DNA of 64,000 nt from Octopus sinensis (Eukaryota): contig NC_043005.1 of the NCBI RefSeq assembly GCF_006345805.1, forward strand, positions 33,108,001 through 33,172,000, in the 5' to 3' direction. Below, piece by piece: positions 26,391 to 39,059 of the stretch. Made by a program: the position numbers and the translations under genes. How positions within the stretch are numbered: the stretch's first letter is position 1; each line of letters starts with the position of its first letter. The notes under the pieces were generated by a model. It made no database searches and was not told the origin of the DNA. It saw only the letters and a program-made list of their open reading frames with translations.

Positions 26391-28145
26391 CCTTCAAAAG
26401 AAAAGCTCTACCTTGTAATTTGTTCTATCTGTGTGCAGCCCTGTGGCTAATAAAGAAACATATCTATCATTTGATTTATTTACTTACAATATACTGTTAA
26501 GTTCTCATGTACCTAATTATGTAAATATACACGCCTTATTCTAGCACACGTGTACACACATGTACACTCTCATACAGATGCATACATACATACTCTCACG
26601 CGCACGTGCGCACGCACACACACAAACACACCACACACAAACATATAATTCATACATATATTTATTTACATATTGAAACATTTATTTTTTCTTTTATTAT
26701 TGTATATATTTTATTTTATATATTTTTCTATTACTTTATCATCTAGTTATTTCGTAATTATGCATCAGGAGGCAACCAATTATTATTCCAAAGTATTTTA
26801 TATTTAATTTTCGTATATCCTAGCACTAAGTACCCAAATTTTGTCGGGTTCATAAATACCTATATCACCATTCAGTGGTGATGGAGAATACGGCCATTGT
26901 TCTGATTAATATCGCATTCTTAGATGTAGTTTCTTTATCAGCAGAGAAAGATGTATGAAATGACCGAACGTATATTTTAGATGAAATGAAATAATAAACC
27001 TTGTGTTTTATTACTTCCTTCTGAACAATCTTCTCAGACAGTCCTGTGTTAAGGCTGAACATCTCTAAGTTGCTGTCACTTCTTTCTCTTAAACAATTCT
27101 GAAGCTCGAGACAAACAAAATCTAAGGTTTAAGACTATTTCTCTTACAATTCATCGTTAAACTTCTTTAACAGACATTTCAAAAGAAAACCTGACTGGAA
27201 AGTGGAATCCCTTGAAATGAAGGGTTTACAGTTTCGAGGCAAAAGAAATATTGGAGGATTTGGTAAATATGTAGCGGAATGTGATGTTGAGGGATCAATG
27301 TAGTTGTCAGGTGTAGCAGATGATGTTAGCCGTGTTGGACCGATATCAATGAAAAACAGTGAAGAGGAAAGGAATGTGGTTCACATCATTTATTTGTCCG
27401 TAGTTGTTTTCACTTGTTTGATACGTGAAGCTTGATTTAAAGTATGAAACAAATATGCCGCTACATAATGTTAGCCAACTACTTTGTGTTAGCGAAGTTG
27501 TGTACACCAAGAAATGTGTGAAGTAAAACGGAGGGAGAGCATTGAGAGAATGTTGATGGGTGAGACAGTACAAATACATACTTTGTCTCTGTGTGTGCGT
27601 TCGCCCATCACCGCTGCTGTGTTGTCTCTCTACTGGGTTTTCTCTGTTGAATTCGTGGCTATCTCTCTAGTTTCCCTTGGCTCACTGTTCCCATCTTCTC
27701 ACGACGTACTGGTATTTAAAATGGTCCATTTCAGTAAGAAAGATGGATATACCATTATAATAGTAGCCTATATACATTCAAATTACTTGCTGTCGATTTG
27801 AACTTTCCGTCACACAACCAGGTCGGAGGTCGAATGGAAACACATCAATTGATGTTCCTTTTGATAGGACAAAGTGATTTTCCTGCTTGCTTTGACACGA
27901 GAGAATTTTTGGATTCGATTTCGAATCTCAGCCAGGAAGAGAAATTCAGTTTCTACAAATGTCCATCTAAGAAATTGCTTGAAATGTATGTGGATTCTAT
28001 AATTCGTTCTGTTAATGTATTCACAACTTTTATCGTTTCCTTGCATAACCGCAGACAGACTGTGATTGGAGAACTTTTATTTTTCCTCCAGTCTGGAAAG
28101 TGACATGCTAGAAAGTTGAAGAGAATTCGGAAACGCCACCAGGTA

Positions 28146-28368
28146 TTAACCCTTTTGATACCAACTCGTCTATGACTGCCCCTGGCTCTATGATACAAAA
28201 TATTTGGCCTAAAGTGATGCGCATTAAAATCTCCTATCAAAATTTCATGTCATTTTCTATAAACACCAATTTAACAGTTTAACAAAGATTTTTACAAAAT
28301 TTTTGAAATGTTTGAAAATTACTTGAAATAAATGTTCATTTTAAGAGAAATGTGGTAACAAAAGTTTT
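28146..28368. mobile_element. Probable piggyBac-like MITE, degenerate
   Basis: Left end ttaacccttttgatacc (TTAA plus CCC); right end gtaacaaaagttttaa is a decayed match. Confidence 0.4.
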
Positions 28369-28792
28369 AAACATCTTGATCAATATCTTGAGCAGTGTGA
28401 ACGTGGGACCAATCAGAATGACTCAGTAGATCCAAAAATAAAATGAAAAAATGTTAAAATTACTTTTCTTAAACTAAGTCATTGTTGGTCTGCAAGCGAG
28501 TTTTGCCCCTCTGCGCTACTGTTCCGGATTGTGATAAACCGAAGTACATTTTGACTCTAATATTTTCAAAAAGTAAATAACCTGAAACTCATAACTGAAA
28601 TTTATTGAGAAATTATCGTCACAAGACCTGCTCATCCTTGCTGAATATGCATGTTAGTATTCACATGAAGTTCTCCACCATGTGACAGGAAATATAAATT
28701 CACGTCGCCATTTCTTTCTCTAGGAACAACAGTCAAAATCTGCCGAAATATCAGCCAACATAACTGTTGCCAATTATTGAAGAATGGTTCCA

Positions 28793-28849
28793 CGAACCAA
28801 TTGGATGATAAACTTGACCTTGTATTTTAAATGCTGTCGTGAATCCGAC
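28793..28849 (-). mobile_element. Helitron Rep/helicase coding remnant
   Basis: VGFTTAFKIQGQVYHPIGS resembles the Helitron motif GFxPTFKxQGQVYHRIGSL. Confidence 0.65.
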
Positions 28850-31165
28850 TGCCGATAATATATCTGGAACTTTGAAAATATATCATCTGAAAAACTGAGT
28901 AACACCTGATCAGTAAAGGTAAGGTGTGAAATGGAAGAAGCAGACATGTAATGGAATGTTGCCCTCAGTGCAAGCGCACTATTAAACCGGATTATAATGA
29001 AACTTAGACAAAAAAGTTGTCTTATTTCCCTTAACAATCACTATCATTCCTTATTTACAAATATTAGTAATGTGATGCCAGGACGTTATCAGTCGCCATT
29101 TCTTCAAGTGTGTTTCTTGCTACAACTAACACTCTCATAGTTCCTGATCTGGCTGTTCATTTTCTTCGCAATCGTTCCAAGTACCTACTTAATACAGTTC
29201 ATGGACAATCAACTCCGTTTTCTGAGCCATTAGGCATTGGATCGCTACTAACTTCTTTCATGTGTTAGATCTGGAGGGAGAATTACTGCCCTTGACGTCT
29301 GCAAGCCCTTTCTGAGTAGATATATATTGATATCGTTAATGTTCCTCTTGGATCATTTCACATCAACGTTTGTAATAAAGATATGAATCTGTTTCTTTGA
29401 TGGCTTGGTCTGGATTAAGAGGCAATGCCCATGGCTTTCGCAGACATTCGATCACGGGTTAGACTGATGCAGTTAACTTTCCTCTTGAACACTGGCATGA
29501 CGGTGGCTACAGGAAAGAATATGCACAGGGAGAGAATCTCAGAGATATTTTGTTGAGGAAGTACTTGGAGTAGCAGTTTGTGTCGAGAGGTGGAATGAGC
29601 ACAGTATGAGGGATGAGGAGAAGGGTTATGGGTTTTTACTGCCTGAATGAACGTAACATGAAGTTAACTTCAACGAGCCGAGGATAATGAAGTAACGAAA
29701 GGACAAAGAAAAGAGAACGGTGTGTGGACCAATGGCTGAAGTGTGTTGGTGAATGATTTCCTACCAATCGATGAAGAAGTCTTACACTTTAGAAGAGAGA
29801 GAGAGTGTGTGTGTGTGCGCGCATCGTTGTGTGTAGCAGCACAGCAGCAACAATACCGTCTCTGAGAGAACAGCAATCTGTTGTGGGTATCACAAAAAAT
29901 TTTTTAAAATTATACAGTTGTGTCGTCGGTATTAGGTGTCTCAATATTGTCCGACTCTGATAAGGAAGACCAGTCTTTGTTATACAGTTTAGAATATGAT
30001 GAGAATGTGTGCTCGCTAAAACAGGTAATTATTGATGATGAGGCTTAGTAATTATAGCATCCTTGAATGCTTTAGTTGTGCGTTATTCATGTTTAATGGG
30101 GGGGGGCGATATTCCCTGTTTGGTAACACCTGTTATATATTTTTTCTTCTCCTCGCCGTAATTCCTTCACTCGTTCACTTTTCAAATTTGTTACCACCCT
30201 CTTCTTCCTTCTTAAAGTACCATTGCATTAATCAGTTCCCAATCATCTTTTCCTCTGCTGATCTTAAGCCTCTTCCCTTCATCTTTCAAATCTGCTAGCG
30301 CTCTCATTGGTTTGTTCTTTCTTTGACCACTTTCTAACATGTTAAACCCTGTCACCTCCTCCTCTCACTTTCTTCACTGTTTTTCTTCCTCCCACTTCTA
30401 TCTCAGAATCCCAAAATCCATTTATTCAATACTATTAGAAATCATTCTATCCAACAAAGGATATGATCCGAACTGTCAGACGTTTCATCTTCTTTACATC
30501 AAACTCATTATTCCACCTTTGAACTGTTTATTCTCTTTAATTACTGACACAAACCATCACTAATTTCCCTGGATCCAACCATTTATTTCCGCTAATGTTG
30601 GCAGTCATGTCACCACAGCCGTATTATGGCTGCTATTATTGTTATTGTTACTCCATTTATGTTTATTACAAAGTTTCCTGCTGTTACTGTCATGTTCACT
30701 TTTTCTTTCATAAAGCAGGAAATCTTGTGACAATGAATAGTTGGCAGGAATTGATTTTCGTTACGTACCATGGAATCTTGACATCAAAATAGAACACCAA
30801 AACGCGATTTACGTTTACTCCTTACTAACTATTTGGTCTAAATTCCTTGGCGGTCGAAACGTACGTTCTACCTGCAATCGCTGCCAACAGCGATAAGAAT
30901 CATAACAACAAGATAAAAAAAAATCTGCCATTTAAGTTAAATATAATTTTAAAACACAAAGAACTGTTTATAGTTGCGTTCTTTCATGTCGGGAAACCAT
31001 TTCTAGATTCAGTAGAGACCGGAAATGTTTTAAGTATTTCGGCGCATGACAAACGGGAATATCATTATTTAACAGGAAGTTGATGAACTCTGGAATGCCA
31101 CGCTAAATGTTGATATAAGATATTTAAATACGAGACAGATTGAAAATCAAATATGAACATATGCA

Positions 31166-31256
<91 letters not shown>

Positions 31257-31603
31257 AAAGAAAGAAATGTAGAGGAAATGTGAGAATAAACAAAGAAACT
31301 GTGGAGGGTAGAAAGAAAAGGAAAGTGATTTTTGTTATTTTTCAATGTAGATCTGGAAGAAAAATATTACATTAGTAAAACAGAAAGAGAGACAAATGTG
31401 ATGGAGAGGGTGAATTGTCTTATGTTTAGACCTTTTAATTATTATTTCATGGCAAGAGAGCGATGTGAACAAGTTAGCGAAAAAATTCTTCAACTCTCAA
31501 TAACTGAATGTCATTGACTTTGCAGGTTGAAACTTTATTCAAATTATGATTTTATTATTGATTTGGTCTGGCTGTATCCATAGCTTTCGCAGACTTTCAG
31601 AGA

Positions 31604-31679
<76 letters not shown>

Positions 31680-32189
31680 AGTTAACGCAGTTAATGTTCC
31701 TTTTTATCATTAGCAGGAAAAATATCTGTGGAGATATAATTTCATTGGGACACCTATTGGAAAAGAAGGACTGGATGTAGTAATTAATGTGGAGGCTTCT
31801 GAAGTGAAGAGGATACAATACGGGTTAGGGAACTATGAGAGACGAGTGAGACATAAGTACCAGAGAGAGTGGGGAGGCAGGACGAGACCACCCAGTTTCG
31901 AAGGGGAGAAGTCACGGCAGTGGCGATCGAAATATTAGGGAAAGAGATGTTACGCCTGAAGACCAAAGGTTAGGGTTAAATGAGTGACATCACATCGATC
32001 AATCAATATGTCGTAACTCTTTTAATGTTGTTCGCACACATAGCCAGCAGTTTTGTTTGTTCTCTAGAAGTCATGATCATGAGGATCAACATCATCATGA
32101 TCAACGATGTTGTCGTCTGTGTTGATGATGATGTTGATGATGCTGATGACATAATGTCTTCACGCATCATTTCCGTGTTTGTAGGATTG

Positions 32190-32530
32190 TGGGATTAAGG
32201 ATAATTTAAAACTTAATAATTATTGTAAACAAGATAATCTACTATATAGGTGTAAAGTTGAATCGGAAGCTAATGAATACTACTATATCGGTTCAATTGA
32301 AAACCAAATTAAACGGCGTATTGCGAACCATGAAAGTTGTTTTAAGAATAAACAAAATAAATAATAGTCTCAGCAAATTTATATGGATGTTAAAAGATAA
32401 TAAGAAAAATTATAAAATTAAATAGGAAATTATAAGCTTATAGAATTTCAGGTAACAAATGTCGATTGTATATAGAAGAGTTATTTCAGGTGCTATCATC
32501 TAAACACAAACTAATGAACTCGAGAAAAGA
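32190..32530 (+). mobile_element. Penelope-like GIY-YIG remnant
   Basis: CKQDNLLYRCKV...YYIGSIENQIKRRIANHESCF...LSKFIWMLKDN...CRLYIEE...LMNSRKE. Confidence 0.8.
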
Positions 32531-32954
32531 GAATATAACTTGTTGTTATTACTCTAAGTATGTTTTTAGAAAATTCAAATAATATAAACATAAAACTGAA
32601 CATTAAAAATACAAGCATAATACAATGAGTGTAACTTAATTTATAAGCCAAACATAAGATATAAATAATATAATAATATATACTATATATTATATAATAT
32701 AATACGCACACATAAATTAACTTAGGCAGTAAACATCCGTATACACACACGCACACGCACTCACACAAACTAAAATAGAAGACAGACTATCCATATTTTG
32801 TAATTTTTATTTTTATCATTTTCATTATTATTAATATCTTTTTTTATCGTTTATCTTTATTTTTATATACTTTGATTTATTATTATTGTTATATTTAAAC
32901 AAATTATCATTATATTTAAATAAAAAATAAAAAATATTTTTAAAAATTAGCTGA

Positions 32955-33547
32955 GTATACATGTGGAGACAGCCAAATAAAGCATTTGACCCAGACTGTC
33001 CTCTTCCAACTGTTAAACATGGAGAAGGATCTGTGATGATCGGGGGGGGGGGTGCTATATCTTGGAAATCCGCCGGCCCAATGGTTACCCTTCATGGTAG
33101 AATTAATAGTCAACATTATTTAAGCATTTTATCAGATCAAATTCATCCTATGGTTGAAAAACTGTTTCTGGAGGGAAGCGCAATCTTTCAGAATGATAAT
33201 GCACCAATTCACACAGCTAAAGTTGTTACCGAATGGCATGAAGAACATTCTAGTGAAGTTGAACATCTTATCTGATCACCACAGTCCCCAGGACTAAATA
33301 TTATTGAACATTTATGATGCATTTTAGAAAAACAAGTAAGGAGTCAATATCCTCCAGCATCATCACTACAAGAACTGGAAACTGTTTTAGATGAAGAATA
33401 GAAAAAATTCCTTTGGAAACAAACCAAACTTTGTACGAGTCCATACCTCGTAGAATTCAAGCAGTAATTACTGCCAAAGGCGGTCCTACCCCATATCAAA
33501 ATAAATTTGTTTGAAATTTTAAGATATTTCCATTATTTTGTCCAACC

Positions 33548-33551
<4 letters not shown>
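32955..33551 (+). mobile_element. Tc1-family transposon, 3' half with right TIR
   Basis: TVKHGEGSVMI, FQNDNAPIH, SPQSPGLNIIEHL, SIPRRIQAVITAKGGPTPY; TIR ttattttgtccaacctctg followed by TA and (TA)n. Confidence 0.92.
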
Positions 33552-33595
<44 letters not shown>

Positions 33596-34556
33596 GTCAC
33601 ACACACACATATGTATATACGTGTATTCGCATATTCGCTATTTCTAATCCAGGTTGAGTTTAAGTATCAAATATATATTCATTATAATATTTTAATATCG
33701 AATACACTTTTCATTATTATTGTGCGCGCGTGTGTGTGTATGTGTGTGTGTGTTTATATGTGCGTGTGTGCAAATATGTCGAACTAAAACTTTAAAATGC
33801 TTATTCTATCACACTTTCCACACACTTTTACACACGCACACGCTCGCACGCACGCGCGCACACAGAAGCACCACCGCACCATCACCACCATTACCACCAG
33901 TTTCTGTTGTATTACATAATCAACACCGATTCCCAAATAAACCCCTTTCTTATTATTCTTAACCACACAAACTGATGTATTAATGTACCCAGTGCCGGCA
34001 CATGTTGTCGGAGAGTTTTGGGTACACATGGAAGAGACCTAGATTCAAGCAAAGATAATATTAGATAATATTACAATATTGATTGTGAGCGCCGTAGGGG
34101 AGAGTGCGGCCTCCTGCGAAGCGAATCTTACGTTCTGCTTACGATTTCCCGTTAACCGTTTGCTTCACCTACATCAGCTTGCCCTCACAAGAAAGGCATG
34201 AACGCTACAGCAGCTAGTTTCTATTCCCCTATAAAGTAATAAGTCGTTACACCCATAGACTCATTTATATATTGAATTTAAATATAAGCACGTGTGTACG
34301 AAATCACATGTATATGTGTGTGCATGTACTATGCATATAATAATATACATGCACAAACATGCACGCACATATGTATATGCGTGTGTATATAGGAGTGTGT
34401 ATTTATGTATATATATATATACATACATAGAAAAATTTTAGCAAGGAATGCACATTTGCGCACACAAACACGTACAGAAAATAATGACAAACAAGCAGAT
34501 TAACTGACAAGCCCACATCATGCATGATGTGTTTGTGTTTATGTGTGTGAGTGTGC

Positions 34557-34634
<78 letters not shown>

Positions 34635-35106
34635 GACGAATAAACTGGCCCGGTAGCAGCTGTTTCATCTGAGGTAATCTAACCACTCCGTCTAAATTGG
34701 TTAAAAGTCGTCGGGCTGGGACGATGCAACAAACTCCTTCCTAGCCTCGTTCTCATTCAACGTCTGTCTCTACTTAAAGAAGACTATTGCTTGTCTTGGA
34801 ACAGTTACAAGAAAAATACGATCATATAACTAAATATATCACCAAGATAGAGATACCCTGCGGTAAATACTAGCAGCGTGGATTTTATAGACGAGATACC
34901 AGCATGTGTGTGTTGTCATGTATACATACCTACATACATATGTGTATGTATGTATGTATGTATGTATGTATGTATGTATGTATGTATGTATGTATGTGTG
35001 TATGTGTGTATGTATGTATGTATGTATGTACGCATGTATGTGTGTGTACATGTGTATATATGTATATATATACATATATATTTTATATACTTAAATATAT
35101 ATGTTA

Positions 35107-35141
<35 letters not shown>

Positions 35142-35329
35142 TAATGTGTGTCTATCAATATATGTATGATATTAATCTGATGGTACCTATGTACACATAC
35201 ATATCGTGTACATAAATACATATGCAAATCTATACACCACTTTTAATAACACACTCATACACATATACACTAATAGATACACATGTACATACATATAAAT
35301 ACACACACACACACACCACAAACGTACAT

Positions 35330-36130
35330 TTTCCTTTACTTGCTAAGTCTGGAGGAAGAGGTGGAGCCACTGACTCTTGAAGGCCCTTTGACACTGATGA
35401 GGTCGATGCCATTAATGAGGTTCAAGCCGTTTAAACTGTTGTAGGTCAATATCTGCAGGAAAGACGTGAAGCGGCAGGAGAGATTCCAGGGGAAGTTGTT
35501 TTGTGGAAGAAGGACTAATCACAAGGGTTAGAGAAGGTTGGGGGACGAACACTGCAAAGTTGACGGAAGGTGGGAAGACTTCCCGTTCTGGGTACCTGAA
35601 TTATAGAGATGCGAAATCAGCCATGACAAGGAAGAAATATCTTTATAGTAATAATAGAAAAAAACAGAAGCTACGAGCGTATGGGTCAGAGGCGGGAACC
35701 TGTCTAGGCTGGTGATTGGACGAGATAAGTGACACTTCTTTTGATACGATCCAGGATGTTAGTATGTTTAGCAGCTGCACAGCGCCAGATGTGGGAGCAG
35801 TGCTCAATTGTGGGCCTCACTTGAGTCTTGTAAAATGTCAGCCACTGATAAGTTGAAATGTTTTCTGGCCCTGTAGAAAAAAAAAAACAGTTTTTCAGAA
35901 GTGGTCCTAGCTATTCTAAGGATTTTCTTTTTGCCAGAAGAGATTTTCAATGGTTGTGAAACCCAGCATTTAGAGAGCAACTGTAAGGGATCTAGCTAAA
36001 TACTGTTCATGGTTAGTTGGGAGAGAGTGGTGCAGTGGTGTTTTTTGTAATGAGTAGTGCATAAGCTTTTTTTTACTGTTAAAAGAAATAAGGTTGGTAT
36101 GACCCCACAGGTGGGTTCTATCGAGGTCTT
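35330..36130 (-). mobile_element. I/Jockey-group LINE RT C-terminal and 3' remnant
   Basis: YKTQVRPTIEHCSHIW...ILDRIK and WNLLPLHVFPADIDLQQFKR. Confidence 0.7.
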
Positions 36131-36260
36131 TGTTTAGTGTCTAGGTTGTGTATGGATGGTACATGGTTAGAAAAGGTTGAAGGAATACACATACAGACGT
36201 ATATTGGTGTATATTTGTACTATGTATATATATGTACATGTTGCTTCTATTTGTTGCATG

Positions 36261-36326
36261 GACTTGTGTATATGAAGACTTGTGTATTATGAAGACTTGT
36301 GTATTATGAAGACTTGTGTATATGAA
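36261..36326. repeat. About 17-bp tandem repeat (about 4 units)
   Basis: gacttgtgta(t)tatgaa repeated. Confidence 0.8.
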
Positions 36327-36619
36327 GAAGAACAATATTGTAACAACCTGGTCTAACTGTATGTTTTATATATATATATATATATTATATAATATATATA
36401 TATATTATATATATATATATATATATACCTGTTTGTATTGATTGTGGTTTTAAAATTTATAAAATTAAATCTACCGTGATAAATTGTTTATATTGTATCG
36501 TAATATATGATATATTGGAATCTACTATAATATGTACTGTGAAATGAAGATTACTCTAAATCTAATAATATTGTTATTATTGATAAATGAAATAATAATA
36601 ATAATAATAATAATAATAA

Positions 36620-36905
36620 AGAAGGGAACCGAAAATTATATGAGAATGATCCCTGGCTTACCATCCCTGCAAGAAGTGCAAAAGATTGTCTTGACTGGTA
36701 CATCACACGTATTGAGAAGAGCATTGTCGATGTGAGAACTGTTGCTGCTCATGTATTTTAATTTAACTTAAAAATAAAAAAAAAATGAACGAACTATTGA
36801 GTTTGGTTTAATGGCCTACCAATGTATACTATGAGTTTCTTTGCCCTAGGAGTCAGGAAGACACTCGGCAAGAAATGGAAGCAAATTTGAAAGAAGAAAA
36901 AAAAA
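36620..36905 (+). mobile_element. R4-like LINE 3' end (subfamily E) between TAA tracts
   Basis: IPGLPSLQEVQKIVLTGTSHVLRRALSM* plus a distinct 3' UTR; (TAA)n on both sides. Confidence 0.8.
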
Positions 36906-36923
36906 GTAATAATAATAATAATA

Positions 36924-37660
36924 ATTTATTGTTTCTTGTCCATCTCCACATATTCTGAAGAAATATAACAAGTAACTGCAGAATATGTGGAGATGGACAA
37001 GAAACAATAAATCATATTATCTCTGGCTGCCCAGTCCTGGCTAAGAAGGAATATATTCACAGACATGACAGAGTTGGAACCTACATACACTGGAAGCTAT
37101 GGCAACATTATGGAATAACAACAGAAAAAAGATGGTATAGGCACACACCAGAAAAGGTCACAGAAAACGAGAAAGCAACCATACTCTGGGATATGCCGAT
37201 ACACACAACCATACTCTGGGATATGCCGATACACACAGATAGAGAAATTAAGGCCAACAGACCAGATATAGTTGTCAGAGATCATGAAGAAAAAAAATGC
37301 TTTCTAATTGATGTATCAATACCGGCAGATGACAACGTGTCTCTAAAAGAAATGGAGAAACTTTCAAAATACAAAGACCTGAAAATAGAGGTAACTAGAA
37401 TGTGGAATCTAAAAACAGGAACAATTTCTATCATAGTAGGTGCATTATGCATGATAAAAAAATATTCAGACAAATACATAACAAAAACACCAGGACTTAC
37501 AAACACATATAACATACAGAAAATTGCACTACTAGGCACTACACACATCCTACGCAGAACACTTTCAATACAGTAACCATCAGAGCATCACAACAAATCA
37601 CAGCACATACCCAAGGCACACAGAGCTGCGCTCAGTAGTGAAGTGAAAGCACGTTATAAA
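36924..37660 (+). mobile_element. R4-like LINE 3' part (subfamily C) with a 5' inverted duplication
   Basis: CRICGDGQETINHIISGC...RHDRVG; LWDMPIHTDREIKANRPDIVVRD...IDVSIPAD; IQKIALLGTTHILRRTL. Confidence 0.9.
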
Positions 37661-38087
37661 TATATATATATATATATATATATTAAATTATAAATGTATC
37701 GTGTACATGTATTTATATTTTGAAAGTTCTTTATAATCTCTGACGAGGTCTATTGTTATGTATAAGTACTCCACTTTTAAATGCCTACAACCTCAATATA
37801 ATTGACAACTATAGGCACTGAAAAACTACTTTCCATAGGCGTTTCAGCCTATGGAAAAAAGTAGTTTTTCAGCCTATGGAAAAAAGTAGCTGTAAGAGTG
37901 ATTTTAATGATTTCAATAATATATATTAAGATTTTTATAATTGTATTCTTATCTTATATGTATTGAAATATAATATATATATATGTATGTTATTAAGGTT
38001 CTCGTTTTGGTTAAATAAATAAATAAGTCAACATTCTAATATCCTAAAGCTGATGAACCAACTAAATTGTTTCTACATTTTCTTATT

Positions 38088-38160
<73 letters not shown>

Positions 38161-38253
38161 CTATATATATTATATATATATGTATTATATATATTATATA
38201 TATAGTATATATAATATATATAATATATATATTATATATATGTATATATATAT

Positions 38254-38287
<34 letters not shown>

Positions 38288-38550
38288 CTTATATTATACA
38301 TATATATATATGGATCTCTATCCCTATATATGCGAAAGTAGTTGAAACATGGACAACTGAAGAAGGGGATATTCTTTATGTTGTATGTCTGTTCTCTGTG
38401 TTTTTTTTCGACGTCCAAAAAAAGTTCGTTTCTATGTTTTTGCTTTTATGTTTTCGTTTCTCATTTTGTTCAAAGTTGTTTTATGTCCTGTACCCAATAT
38501 GCATATATATGTTAGTATGTACATATATATATATATATGTATGTATGTAC

Positions 38551-38594
<44 letters not shown>

Positions 38595-38764
38595 TATATT
38601 ATATATTATTTATATTATTATGTAATACTTATATATATATACATATACATATATATATGTATGTGTGTGTGCATATATAATATAGTGCGTGTGTGTGTAT
38701 ATATACGTATATATATATATATATAATATATATATAATATATTATATATATATATATAATAGGG

Positions 38765-38965
38765 AATGAGATGTGGGAAGAGCCGTAAAATGCGACAACC
38801 GATGCAGATTTTGTGGAGTTAACGCTGAAAATGCCACCCATATCATAAGCACTAGTCCGAAAATGTCATCACGGTAAAATCTACCGATGAGACGTGACGT
38901 TGTAGCTAGGACATTCTCTAATGAGATCCATCGGAAGGATAATCCCGAGTACAAAGTGTTATATC
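38765..38965 (+). mobile_element. R4-like subfamily A CCHC-region fragment
   Basis: CRFCGVNAENATHII...PKMSSR...VVART; homologous to about 24430-24590. Confidence 0.75.
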
Positions 38966-39059
38966 GCACTTTCGGATGGCGTGCCTTCGCCAATAACGTA
39001 CCTCTACTCAACTACCGACTATTCGACTCAACAGAACGCGACGTCTAGTCTACCGACGG

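Noticed and set aside
28723-28830. Apparent terminal exon TTVKICRNISQHNCCQLL... after a good acceptor
   Set aside because: The opposite strand carries a recognisable Helitron Rep motif, so the open frame is probably its antisense shadow.
34095-34231. Possible small MITE with TAGGGGA ends
   Set aside because: Only 7 bp of inverted match, which is within chance.
35393-35430. CTGATGAGGTC motif, also CTGACGAGGTC at about 37740 and CTGATGAACC at about 38051
   Set aside because: There is no complementary stem II strand and no GAAA downstream.
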